From Polyangiales bacterium (GTDB lineage: Bacteria > Myxococcota_A > Polyangia > Polyangiales > Houyiibacteriaceae): DNA of 31,457 bases. This document shows, piece by piece, positions 18,458 through 27,523 of this stretch. A program made the position numbers and the translations under genes. Each line of letters opens with the position of its first letter. Position 1 is the first letter of the stretch. The stretch is taken from the NCBI GenBank assembly GCA_045106895.1, contig JBGCFM010000192.1, positions 1 through 31,457 of the forward strand, written 5' to 3'. The notes beneath the pieces were generated by a model. It was not told the origin of the DNA. It did no database searches and saw nothing but the letters and a program-made list of their open reading frames with translations.

Positions 18458-19669
18458 ATGAGAATCGCCTACCTCGTCAACCAGTACCCCAAAGTCAGCC
18501 ACACCTTCATCCGGCGCGAGATACAAGCGCTTGAGTCCCTTGGTGTCGAGGTGGTGAGATACTCGGTGCGCCGCGTGGCGGAACCATTGGCCGACCCCGT
18601 CGACGTCGCCGAACAAGAGCAGACCCATGTGGTCCTTGATGGGGGCGCCCAGGTGTTGGCGGCTTCCATCGCAAAGATCGCGGCAACGCGACCGAGACTC
18701 TTCGCTCGCGCCTCCGCGATGGCGAGTCGCATCGGTCTCGGCTCCGAACGAGGCCTGGCCATTCATGGCGCGTACCTTGGCGAAGCGTGCCTACTCCTCG
18801 AGTGGATGCAGCGGGACAAGGTCGAGCACGTGCACGCGCACTTCGGCACAAACTCCGCCACCGTGGCCATGCTCGTCGAAGCCCTCGGCGGACCCGGATA
18901 CAGTTTCCACGTTCACGGCCCCGAAGAGTTCGACAAGCCTTTCCTGATCTCCCTTGGTGAGAAGGTGGAACGCAGCCGTTTCGTGTGCGCCATCAGCAGC
19001 TTTGGGCGCAGCCAGCTCTACCGCCGCGTCAAATACGAGCACTGGCCGAAGGTGGAGGTCGTTCGTTGCGGCGTCGACGAGAGTTTCCTCGATGGCTCCT
19101 CGGAGAGCACCCCACTTCCGGAGACCCCACGTCTCGTCAGCGTCGGGCGCCTGAGCGAGCAAAAGGGACAGATGCTCATGATCCAGGCCCTCGCTCAGCT
19201 AAAGCGGGAAGGCGTCGACTTTCACCTCACGCTCGTCGGCGATGGTGAGATGCGCGCGGAGATCGAAGCGGTCATCCGCAGCGAAGGACTCGACGAGCAC
19301 ATCACCATCACGGGCTGGGCCAGCGGACCTGAGGTCCGGCAGCACATCCTGGGCGCTCGGGCGATGATCTTGCCCAGCTTCGCTGAAGGGTTGCCCGTCG
19401 TTCTTATGGAATCCCTTGGACTCGGACGTCCCGCGCTCTCCACCTACGTCGCCGGTATTCCCGAGCTCATCGAGCCCGGCAAGAGCGGCTGGCTTGTCCC
19501 AGCGGGCAGTATTCCCGCATTGGTAGAAGGCATCCGCGAGGTCCTCGCGACTTCCACCGAAGATCTGACACGCATGGGTCAACATGGTCGTAAAGCAGTC
19601 CACGAACGACACGACTCGAAGACCAACGCGGCGATCCTCAAGGCGCTCCTCGACAAGTACGTGAGCTGA
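18458..19669 (+). CDS. GT4 glycosyltransferase (WcaL-like)
   Basis: MRIAYLVNQYPKVSHTFIRREI, HVHAHFG, VGRLSEQKG, EGLPVVLMES. Confidence 0.92.
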   Translation: MRIAYLVNQYPKVSHTFIRREIQALESLGVEVVRYSVRRVAEPLADPVDVAEQEQTHVVLDGGAQVLAASIAKIAATRPRLFARASAMASRIGLGSERGLAIHGAYLGEACLLLEWMQRDKVEHVHAHFGTNSATVAMLVEALGGPGYSFHVHGPEEFDKPFLISLGEKVERSRFVCAISSFGRSQLYRRVKYEHWPKVEVVRCGVDESFLDGSSESTPLPETPRLVSVGRLSEQKGQMLMIQALAQLKREGVDFHLTLVGDGEMRAEIEAVIRSEGLDEHITITGWASGPEVRQHILGARAMILPSFAEGLPVVLMESLGLGRPALSTYVAGIPELIEPGKSGWLVPAGSIPALVEGIREVLATSTEDLTRMGQHGRKAVHERHDSKTNAAILKALLDKYVS

Positions 19670-19715
19670 TCTCGCCCAGCGCCCAGCTCATGGGCGCTAG
19701 CACTTCACGCAGGGG

Positions 19716-21803
19716 CTACGGATTCGGGACCGGCATTCGGCCGGTGGGTCGTTGCGGCGTGCGCGCCATCGAGCCGGCGGCACCTGTCTCCACATCGAGG
19801 GAGAAGTCTCCTCGGCTCGCGTTGCCGAAGCCATCGACGAAGACAAAGTACGTTCCTCGGTCGAGGGTCGTGATGATCTCCGAATGGTTGCTGTCGCTGC
19901 TGTCGTCGTTGCACGCCAGCTCCGTCGTCTGGTCTTGGCAGTCTCGGCGGATGTAGAGCGCAGCGTCGTAGGTGGCGCTCACGCGAACACGCACGTCTGA
20001 GCGACGCGCAACGCGCAAGCGGTACATCTGCTCACCGCTACGAGCACCGCTCGCGCAGCTCGCTTCGAACTGATTGCTCTGACCGTTGGTGGTGCCGTTC
20101 GTCGTGCGACCCGCACGAAGCAAAGGAGCTCGCTGACAAGCTCGGCGCTGCGCGGCAACGTCCTGAATGTCGAACTGTACGTTCGCCTTGCCGAAGGACT
20201 CGGGACGTTGTCCGTCGAAGACGAAGAAGTACTGGCCGGGGTCGAGGGTGACCTCGTACGGCACCATGTTCTGGTTGCCCGGGCGTCTGGTTCCGCTTGT
20301 GCCCTGGCCGCGGGTGATGGAGGCGCAGTAGCTCTCGGAGCTTGCGTCGGCGCACGTTCGGCGAACATAGAGAGCGCCCTGGAACTCGCTGCGCGTGATG
20401 TCCACTTGGACGCGGGATCGCTGTCGCAACGTAACCTTGTAGACCACTTCGGGGGCGCCCTGCCCGCCGCAGCTTCCAGCCATGGTGTCCGTCGCCTGGA
20501 ACGTATCGATCTCGAAAGCGCTCGTCGGCGCATCGACGGCTGCTGCGCATGTATCGGCGGCTGCTCCTCCACCCGCCGCAGGTGCCAGGTCCGCTGTAAG
20601 GCTGAACGTGCCGACGTTGTTTGAGCCAGCACCGCCGTATCCGTCGCTGTACACCCAATAGGTGCCAGGATCGACGAACTGCGTCACGAGTGACGCGTTC
20701 GTATTGATGAAGTCGTCATCGCAGGCGATCTCCGAAGCGGCGTTCGCGCAAGCGCTTCGAACGTAGATCGAGCCGTCGTGGGCGCTCTGCTGACGGACGC
20801 GAAGGCGCGAACGTTGGGGCACGTCGAGCTGGTAGACGTGGTCGGGAGAGCGCGACCCGTCGGCGCAGGTGGACTGGAAGTAGTCCGCGCGACCGACCGT
20901 CGTTCCCGTCACGGCTTGGCCTGGGATGAGCGATGGCGCAGCCTGGCAAACCGTGGCCACGTCCTGAAGCGCCGTCTCGGTGATGGTGAGCTCATAGGAA
21001 CCCTGAGCACCAGCACCGAACCCGTCCACGATGGCGTAGTAGGTGCCTGGCTCAAGCGTGAGATCCACGCGCGAGCTCGTCGTGTCAGCTTCGTCGTCGT
21101 TGCAGCCGAGGACCTCGCCGCCGCACTGTCGCATGATGTAGAGCGTGCCGTCGTAGCTTGACGTGATGCGCGCGCTAATCTGTGTACGCTCGGTGAGCTC
21201 GAAGCTGTGTACGCGCTCTGGCGCGGAGCCCTGCTCGCTCACGCAGGGCGTGTCCATCGTGGCGGCTGCGCCCGCCGTCGTACCTGAGTAAGGCTGGCCC
21301 GTCGTCACGGCGATGGGTGATGCGCACGTTCCTTCGCCAGCGCTGACGATGGCAGAGAACCCGCCGCTGTTGCCGCCGCCGCCGGACCAAGAGCTGAGGA
21401 GGTAGCCGCCGCTTCCAGTGATGGCGGTGACGACGACGCGGTGCATGCCGTCCTCCGTGGGACAGGCGCGCGCCGCCGCCTGGGAGTCGTGTGTAACGTC
21501 CCGGGCGATCTCTTCTTCGCCTTCGAAGACACGAACGTTGATGTCCGTCACGCCATCGACGCCAAGAGCGAGGAAGGCGTAACATTCGCCGCCTCGGAGC
21601 TCGACCTCGACGCTGGCCTCGGCGCTCTCGGGGAGTGAGCCTTCGCTGATCGAGCCGGTCTGGGCGTAGCCCATGCTGCTCAATGTGTTGTGGACCGCGA
21701 CGAAGCGGGGCTCCAGCCGGGAGGAACCGCCACAGGACGCCAGCGCGACGCACAGGCAGGCCATGGACAAAGAGCGGAGAGAGATGGACGGAGATGAACT
21801 CAT
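19716..21803 (-). CDS. Lipoprotein with four tandem Cys-containing PPC-like beta-sandwich repeats
   Basis: Lipobox LASC; four ~120-aa repeats with C...SC...LY.R..C...C(NDD)...L.PG.Y...DG. Confidence 0.8.
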   Translation of the reverse strand: MSSSPSISLRSLSMACLCVALASCGGSSRLEPRFVAVHNTLSSMGYAQTGSISEGSLPESAEASVEVELRGGECYAFLALGVDGVTDINVRVFEGEEEIARDVTHDSQAAARACPTEDGMHRVVVTAITGSGGYLLSSWSGGGGNSGGFSAIVSAGEGTCASPIAVTTGQPYSGTTAGAAATMDTPCVSEQGSAPERVHSFELTERTQISARITSSYDGTLYIMRQCGGEVLGCNDDEADTTSSRVDLTLEPGTYYAIVDGFGAGAQGSYELTITETALQDVATVCQAAPSLIPGQAVTGTTVGRADYFQSTCADGSRSPDHVYQLDVPQRSRLRVRQQSAHDGSIYVRSACANAASEIACDDDFINTNASLVTQFVDPGTYWVYSDGYGGAGSNNVGTFSLTADLAPAAGGGAAADTCAAAVDAPTSAFEIDTFQATDTMAGSCGGQGAPEVVYKVTLRQRSRVQVDITRSEFQGALYVRRTCADASSESYCASITRGQGTSGTRRPGNQNMVPYEVTLDPGQYFFVFDGQRPESFGKANVQFDIQDVAAQRRACQRAPLLRAGRTTNGTTNGQSNQFEASCASGARSGEQMYRLRVARRSDVRVRVSATYDAALYIRRDCQDQTTELACNDDSSDSNHSEIITTLDRGTYFVFVDGFGNASRGDFSLDVETGAAGSMARTPQRPTGRMPVPNP

Positions 21804-21849
21804 GTGGCGGCCAGGGTAAGGGATTTCATAAAGTTGTGCTGCATTCCAA

Positions 21850-21875
21850 TGCGGGTCCGACAGCTCAGACCCGCA
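21850..21875 (-). other. GC-rich hairpin between the ECF cassette and the PPC lipoprotein gene (terminator or leader element)
   Basis: Minus strand TGCGGGTCTGA-GCTG-TCGGACCCGCA, an 11-bp stem with one G-U pair; no strong U tract. Confidence 0.3.
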
Positions 21876-22006
21876 AAGCCAGACATCCTTGGAAAAACGT
21901 ATGGAGGAAACGCATCCGGGGACACCGCCATTCCTGGTTTCCTACGTATTATTCTGGATTGGGTCACGACGTGGGTGAGGAAAGCGCGACGTTCGGAATG
22001 CCCGGA

Positions 22007-23158
22007 CTAGAGACGTGCCTCCAGACGAAGGTGCGCAGCCGGCGCGCTAAGACTGGCATCCTCGCCCATCGTGCAAGCTCCCATTTCGCATGAGCGCTCG
22101 AAGCGCAAAAGCGCGGCGCCAAGGTCTGCACCGAGGGACCATGAGCCGGAGTCGCCGCGACCGACGAGCCACACGTCGACGCCTACACGTGCGAGGAAGA
22201 AGCCGCTGGCGAAGAAACCTTCGAGCTGCGAATGGATGCGAATGCGCCGAAAAACGAGGCCCTGGATACGGAGCATCACACGCTGCACTTTGACGCCGTC
22301 CGCATACAAACCTTCGAAGGCCAAGCGAACGCCGATGCCGTCTTCCACACCAAGGCGTAAGTGCAGTCCGGCGCTTGGGGCGACTTCTCCGGGGCGCAGT
22401 CCTCGCGAAGGCGTCACGCCGAGGGATAGCTCCACGCTGCCGTAGTGGGCGTCGACGCCACCGCGGATGGCGCCGGCGAGCGCGAAGGAACGTTCACCCC
22501 CGAGACGCGCGAGGAGCACTGGGTGTGCTTCGACGCCGAGCGTCCACGGGGACTCGAAGCGATGGCGAATGCTCAACGCCCCCATGCCGGCAATCCCATC
22601 GGAGCCAGCGACGCCAAGACGAAGTGTCATCGAAGTCGCGCCACGCCCGGTGTCGTCCAACCCCGCATAGTGCGGCAACCACGCCTCTCGGTCCGCGGGG
22701 GTCGCCACGGGCCTTGGGTCTACCCAGGAGGGCCGGGGCGCTGGGGGCGGCGGCACCGGAGGAGGAGGCACTGGCCGCCGCTCCGCGTCGAGCTCCGGCG
22801 CCGTGCTGCCGCGCCGTCGGCCAAGAGTCTCCACGATGGCAAGGGCTACGAAACGCCAGTGGGACTCGGTTTCGCCGATGGCCAACTCCGTCTCGCGTTC
22901 GTCGACGACGAGAGAGACCAAAGCGGGGACATCACACGTGCCTTCGGGCACCCGAACCGTCACGTCGGCTTCTTCGACGTCGCCCGCGAGGCACTGCGCC
23001 TGAACGAGCGATGCCAACGTCTGCGTCGCCTCCGGGCAGTCGACGACGTGAACACGAGGGCAGCTTCTTGGCTGGTCTTGCTCTTGGGCCTCCGTATGTC
23101 CTGCGACACAAGTGATGCACGCCGTGCAAAAGAGCACCGCCGCGCGCGCGCGCTTCAC
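22007..23158 (-). CDS. Exported protein: signal peptide, Cys-rich ~85-aa domain, Pro linker, probable outer-membrane beta-barrel
   Basis: TEA|Q-type signal cleavage site, PVPPPPVPPPPAP linker, alternating amphipathic strands ending HLRLEARL; GTGA overlap with the FecR gene. Confidence 0.6.
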   Translation of the reverse strand: MKRARAAVLFCTACITCVAGHTEAQEQDQPRSCPRVHVVDCPEATQTLASLVQAQCLAGDVEEADVTVRVPEGTCDVPALVSLVVDERETELAIGETESHWRFVALAIVETLGRRRGSTAPELDAERRPVPPPPVPPPPAPRPSWVDPRPVATPADREAWLPHYAGLDDTGRGATSMTLRLGVAGSDGIAGMGALSIRHRFESPWTLGVEAHPVLLARLGGERSFALAGAIRGGVDAHYGSVELSLGVTPSRGLRPGEVAPSAGLHLRLGVEDGIGVRLAFEGLYADGVKVQRVMLRIQGLVFRRIRIHSQLEGFFASGFFLARVGVDVWLVGRGDSGSWSLGADLGAALLRFERSCEMGACTMGEDASLSAPAAHLRLEARL

Positions 23159-24249
23159 GGCAAAACCTGTACCGGCTCATCGGGGTAGCGATCGTAGAAA
23201 CGCCGCCAAGCGCTCGTTGCGTTGCCACCCGCCGCCTCTGTGGTTTCCGCGTAGCCACGCATCGCTCCTCGCCGCAAGGGCTCCGCCAAGCCCAGCTCGA
23301 GCGCCCGTTCGAAGAGCCGCGCGGCGCGCGCCGGCGCAGTGTGCTCCAGGGAACGCGCTAAGGTTAGGGCCGCGAGATCGCTGTCACCGTCGCCCAGAGC
23401 GATGGCCTCTTCGAGCAAACGTTCCGCGTCCGCTCGACGCCCTTGGCGGCGCGCAGCGTCGGAGGCGTTCATCAGCTCCGCCGCATTCCTGCTGTCTTCG
23501 GTACTCATGGTGTCTACGAGGGTCGAAGTCTCGACACGGGTCGAGGTCTCAGGGCTCGCAGTGTGCTCGGAGTTCACGGTGCCCACAGAGAGGTCCGTCG
23601 GCGCAAGCGCTTCGACAGGGTTCGGGGACGCAGGCGTTTCTTCCTGCATCGAATCCGCCTGGGCAGAGGGCGTCTCGATCTCGACGCTTTCGCCCGCCGT
23701 GAGTCGTTCCACGCCATCCCTGACGTGCTCGCTTCGTACCAGAACGACGCCCTCTTCGACATGAACACGCAGGCGCCCTTGCGAGCGATCGATGACGAAC
23801 TCCGTCCCTACGATCTCCACCGATGCGCCCCCAGCGTCGATGCGCCACTCCCGGCCCTGCCCTTCGACGGAGTAGTGAACTCTTCCATTTCGCTGGACAA
23901 ACTCCACGACTCGCCCGGTGTTGTTGATGGGAACGACTTCGGCTCCCTCTTCCAGGGCGAGGAGCGAACCGTCGGAGAGCCCAACGCGTGAGGGCCCGAC
24001 AAGGACACTCTCAATGAGAATGAGGTCGCCGCTTTCCAGCGTGAGCGGGGACAAGTCGCCCTGGGCTTCCGTCCACGGATGCCAGACCAAGAGCGCGACA
24101 GCGGCGGCGGCGATGAGCGCGGCTCCGCGCGACGTCCGGCCCCTCGTGCCGCCTCGCCTTCGGCTTCGTGTGGACTCGATGCGACGCCACACGTGGTCCA
24201 CACGCTCCTCCGGAACAGATGGATGTGGCTTCTTCATCCCCTCACTCAT
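23155..24249 (-). CDS. FecR-family anti-sigma factor with C-terminal TPR-like region
   Basis: TM AALIAAAAVALLVW; FecR motifs LSDGS, VEIVGTEFVI, VHVEEGVV; helical C-terminus ending YDRYP; ATGA overlap with the sigma gene. Confidence 0.85.
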   Translation of the reverse strand: MSEGMKKPHPSVPEERVDHVWRRIESTRSRRRGGTRGRTSRGAALIAAAAVALLVWHPWTEAQGDLSPLTLESGDLILIESVLVGPSRVGLSDGSLLALEEGAEVVPINNTGRVVEFVQRNGRVHYSVEGQGREWRIDAGGASVEIVGTEFVIDRSQGRLRVHVEEGVVLVRSEHVRDGVERLTAGESVEIETPSAQADSMQEETPASPNPVEALAPTDLSVGTVNSEHTASPETSTRVETSTLVDTMSTEDSRNAAELMNASDAARRQGRRADAERLLEEAIALGDGDSDLAALTLARSLEHTAPARAARLFERALELGLAEPLRRGAMRGYAETTEAAGGNATSAWRRFYDRYPDEPVQVLP

Positions 24250-24806
24250 GGCGATGCCCCCCACCGCGCCAAGCGCCCTTGGGCTTTCGCCACCCGTCTC
24301 TTAACCGTGGCAGGTGATGCGCCTACGGACGCCGCGACCTCGGCGACGCTCATTCCTTCGATTCTTTGCAGGGTCCACGCGATGCGTTCGTCGGCGGGAA
24401 TGCGCCGGAGAAAGCTCGCAGCCTGTGCGAGCTCAGCGCGCACGCTCGGCGCAGCCTGTTCCGACCACGCGGACTGGGAAAGCGCGAGCTCTGAACCTCG
24501 GCGCCACCAAGACCGCTCTCTTCGCATTCGAGCGCGACACTCATTGAGAGTGATCTGACGAAGCCAAGCGCCGAAACGCTCACCTCGAAACTGTGCGATG
24601 CGTTCGAAAGCCCGGATGAATGCATCGTGGACGACATCGTCCGCGTCAAACTCGTTCCCGAGCATGCGGGTCGCGAGGCCAAGCATGTCCGCAGCGTGCA
24701 GCCGATAGAGCGCTGCGGGCGCCATAGCCTCCCCACGGCGGAGACGCTCTACCCACTCCTTCTCCGGCACCTCGGGGGTGCTTCTACGCAGCGGAACGAC
24801 CTTCAC
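24246..24806 (-). CDS. ECF RNA polymerase sigma factor
   Basis: Region 2 DADDVVHDAFIRAF...FGAWLRQITLNEC; region 4 IEGMSVAEVAASVGASPATVKRR; start codon uncertain (GTG 24806 chosen). Confidence 0.88.
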   Translation of the reverse strand: MKVVPLRRSTPEVPEKEWVERLRRGEAMAPAALYRLHAADMLGLATRMLGNEFDADDVVHDAFIRAFERIAQFRGERFGAWLRQITLNECRARMRRERSWWRRGSELALSQSAWSEQAAPSVRAELAQAASFLRRIPADERIAWTLQRIEGMSVAEVAASVGASPATVKRRVAKAQGRLARWGASP

Positions 24807-24982
24807 GTCTCGACGATGCGTCCCAGAGTCTAGATGGCTCGCAGCACCGTGAGCCTCATCACACAGAGAAAGAAAAAGTGAGCCGGTGACAAGACGCTGC
24901 GCGTCGTGATTGTAACGATGAAAAGCACTCCGGCGAGGATGATGAACGGCCAGCAACGCACACAGGGCGCGGGTTAGCGAAG

Positions 24983-26044
24983 TTGAAGCGGCTGATGTTG
25001 CTGGCGTTGTGTGCGTGCGGAACCTGGATGACTCCCCCGATCTCCAATGCGCCGTCCCCTTCCCCGAGCGCCGAAAGCGCGTGGGTCGTATTCCTCGCGG
25101 AACCAATGGAACCTTTCGTGTCGTTCAGAACGGCAAGAGAAGGGGCCCGGGTTCATACGATTCGTGACGAGACCGGAAGAATGCTCGGGCGCCTCAACGG
25201 TCAGAGCTGGTTCGCCGTCGAGCGCCCTCCTGGACGCCAATGGTTCTTCAGCGGCGACTACACCGTGGGGCGCGTGTGGGACGAAATGGCGACCACGATC
25301 GTGGGCGCGCTGAGGGCGGACTTGGAGCCTGGCAAAATCTATTTCGTGCGCGCGGACTTTCGCACCGGCGCTCAGCGCGGAATTCGCGAGAGAATACGAG
25401 AGTCTCGCGACAGCCCTTGCCTCATGCCCGACTTCGACAATGACCTTCAGCCGATGTTTGCGGACCTCGTCGGAGTTCTTCCAGGTAGCGCAGACTGGGC
25501 TCGCGCCTTGACCGTGCTTCGCCATGGAGTGCGATATCAAGCTGCGCCGCGAAACCTCGACGAAACAGATTTCAACAACACCCCAGCTCGAGGTCGCGCG
25601 CGGTTGGGTCGTTGCCTCGACATCGACAAGAGCCGCCTCGCCGCAGAGCACGGGGTTTCCGCTTGGCCCATCCCGGCGCCGTCCGTGGGTCCCGACTTCG
25701 CAGAGGATCCTATCTTCGACACAGAAGAAATCTTCGGCGTTCGGGACGCAGAACCGCCTACTCGCGGCCGCGGGACATGTCCGCAAACCCTCGTGAGCGG
25801 TTGCCTCGAAGCGACGGACGAATTGAATGCGATCGTGCGGGCGCAGTGTCTTGCGCGCTCGCCCGAAGTACGCGTCGAGAGCGACGTGAACGCATTCGTC
25901 CGAGTTGTCTCGGGAACTTGTGCTCTTCCCGAGACCGTGGAGTTGCAGGTCGGTGAAACCCGTGCCCGTTTGACGCTGGGGCCGTCACCGGCGACTCGAT
26001 GGCGTTTTGTCGCTTTGGCGATCGTCGAGAAAATTCCGCGCTAG
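24983..26044 (+). CDS. Chimeric lipoprotein: DUF2846-like domain plus a C-terminal Cys-rich domain shared with 22007..23158
   Basis: Lipobox LCAC; GRLNGQSWFAVERPPG...LEPGKIYFVRA; C-terminal CP......C.EAT......AQCLA...GTC..P...WRFVALAIVE. Confidence 0.7.
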   Translation: MKRLMLLALCACGTWMTPPISNAPSPSPSAESAWVVFLAEPMEPFVSFRTAREGARVHTIRDETGRMLGRLNGQSWFAVERPPGRQWFFSGDYTVGRVWDEMATTIVGALRADLEPGKIYFVRADFRTGAQRGIRERIRESRDSPCLMPDFDNDLQPMFADLVGVLPGSADWARALTVLRHGVRYQAAPRNLDETDFNNTPARGRARLGRCLDIDKSRLAAEHGVSAWPIPAPSVGPDFAEDPIFDTEEIFGVRDAEPPTRGRGTCPQTLVSGCLEATDELNAIVRAQCLARSPEVRVESDVNAFVRVVSGTCALPETVELQVGETRARLTLGPSPATRWRFVALAIVEKIPR

Positions 26045-26098
26045 GAGTGCGTCGAAGGCCGGGATGAAAAAGCGGGGCTTTGTCACTACAACTTCGAT

Positions 26099-27007
26099 AT
26101 GGACTGGCTCAACTACCACCACCTTCTCTACTTCTGGACCGTCGCCCGGGAAGGCTCCGTCACGGCAGCGGCTGCGACGCTGCGTCTCTCGCAGCCCACG
26201 GTCAGCGCGCAGATCCGGACCCTTGAGAGCACGCTGGGGCAGCGCTTGTTCAACCGCGTGGGGCGAGGTCTGGAGTTGAGCGAAATGGGCAAAGTCGCTT
26301 TCCGCTACGCCGACGAGATCTTCTCCCTCGGCCAGGAGATGCAGGACGTCTTCGCTGGACGCGCAGGCCACGGAGACCGTTTGGTGATCGGAGTGAGCGA
26401 CCTCGTGCCGAAGCTTGTATTGCATCGACTCATCGCACCGGCGCTGGCGATGGCTCAGCCGCCGCGGATCACTTGCCGCGAAGACAAGACGGACCGACTT
26501 CTCGCGGAGCTTGCGCTTCACGACATCGATCTCGTCCTCGCTGAAACCCCCATCACGGGTCAAAGCGTGCGCGCGTTCAATCACCCCTTGGGGGAGAGCG
26601 ACGTGACCTTCTTCGCCAAGAAGGCCCTGGCCCGTAAGTACAAGAAGGGCTTCCCGCAATCGCTTCACCAAGCGCCGCTCCTTGCCCCGACCCCCAACAC
26701 CCTATTGCGGCGTTCCTTGGATCGTTGGTTCACGAAGCTCGACGTCCACCCGAACCTGGTGGCGGACTTCGAGGATAGCGCCCTCATGAAATCCTTCGGG
26801 GCGGCGGGCGCAGGTGTCTTTCCGGGCCCAAGCGCGATCGAAGCGGAGATCTGCGACACCTACAACGTTCAGCCCATCGGGAGTACGCATGAGGTGGTGG
26901 AACGCTTCTATGCGATCACCGTCGAACGACGCATCAAGCATCCCGCGGTGCGGGTCATCAGCGACAACGCCAAGCAGCTGCTCTTCCCAGACCCGCGCGA
27001 ACACTGA
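26099..27007 (+). CDS. nhaR: LysR-family transcriptional activator NhaR
   Basis: Characteristic N-terminus WLNYHHLLYFWTVAREGSV and C-terminal FEDSALMK.FG..G.G.F, FYAIT.ERRIKHPAV. Confidence 0.85.
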   Translation: MDWLNYHHLLYFWTVAREGSVTAAAATLRLSQPTVSAQIRTLESTLGQRLFNRVGRGLELSEMGKVAFRYADEIFSLGQEMQDVFAGRAGHGDRLVIGVSDLVPKLVLHRLIAPALAMAQPPRITCREDKTDRLLAELALHDIDLVLAETPITGQSVRAFNHPLGESDVTFFAKKALARKYKKGFPQSLHQAPLLAPTPNTLLRRSLDRWFTKLDVHPNLVADFEDSALMKSFGAAGAGVFPGPSAIEAEICDTYNVQPIGSTHEVVERFYAITVERRIKHPAVRVISDNAKQLLFPDPREH

Positions 27008-27009
27008 CG

Positions 27010-27351
27010 CTAAACGGCTCTGGCGCGTCCGGCACGAAGAAACTTCGAACGGCGCGAAGGTACACGTTTTTCAATTTGGCGCCGAGCGCGTCCCACGGCC
27101 TTGGCGACGGATCCCTTTGGACAATCCGAGAGCGCCTGCGCCACCACCGGAGCGCCTTTGTCACGAAGCGAGATGTCCACGACACACCGTTGATCGACCC
27201 CGCCTCGTGGCCCATTCTGGTCTTTGACGGAGATGGACACCGAACGAATCACCCCCGCCAATCGGTCGAGGGCGAAGCGCGTACGACGCCGGATCTCCCG
27301 CTCGGTGTTCTTCTCTACATCCGCGCCAATGAACTGAACTGCAATATCCAT
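27010..27351 (-). CDS. HPF/RaiA-family ribosome-associated protein
   Basis: RR.RFAL.R...I..VSI...DQNGPRGGVDQRC motif; AGAGGAG RBS before ATG 27351; convergent with nhaR. Confidence 0.75.
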   Translation of the reverse strand: MDIAVQFIGADVEKNTEREIRRRTRFALDRLAGVIRSVSISVKDQNGPRGGVDQRCVVDISLRDKGAPVVAQALSDCPKGSVAKAVGRARRQIEKRVPSRRSKFLRAGRARAV

Positions 27352-27391
27352 GTGTGAACTCCTCTGCGCCCAGTGTAGAGACCCCAAACGC

Positions 27392-27442
27392 ATAGACAAT
27401 AAGGAAGATTCATTCGAAAACATAGATACAGTCTATGTTTTC
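27392..27442. promoter_or_regulatory. AT-rich LysR-type operator region with a perfect 11-bp inverted repeat
   Basis: GAAAACATAGA-TACAG-TCTATGTTTTC (27416-27442); T-N11-A boxes at 27392-27406 and 27413-27427. Confidence 0.55.
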
Positions 27443-27523
27443 AATTTGCCGGTGAAAGCTCATCTTGCGCTCGGGGACAAAAAGCGTGACCCGATGGACC
27501 GCGGGGCTGCATCGTGTGGTCAC

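Noticed and set aside
23509..23550. Short tandem repeat encoding ETSTRV-ETSTLV-DT in the FecR linker
   Set aside because: Only about two degenerate 18-bp units in a low-complexity linker; not a CRISPR array or a notable VNTR
24807..25106. N-terminal extension of the ECF sigma ORF to 25106
   Set aside because: Overlaps the divergent lipoprotein gene and lacks sigma homology; treated as intergenic plus overlap
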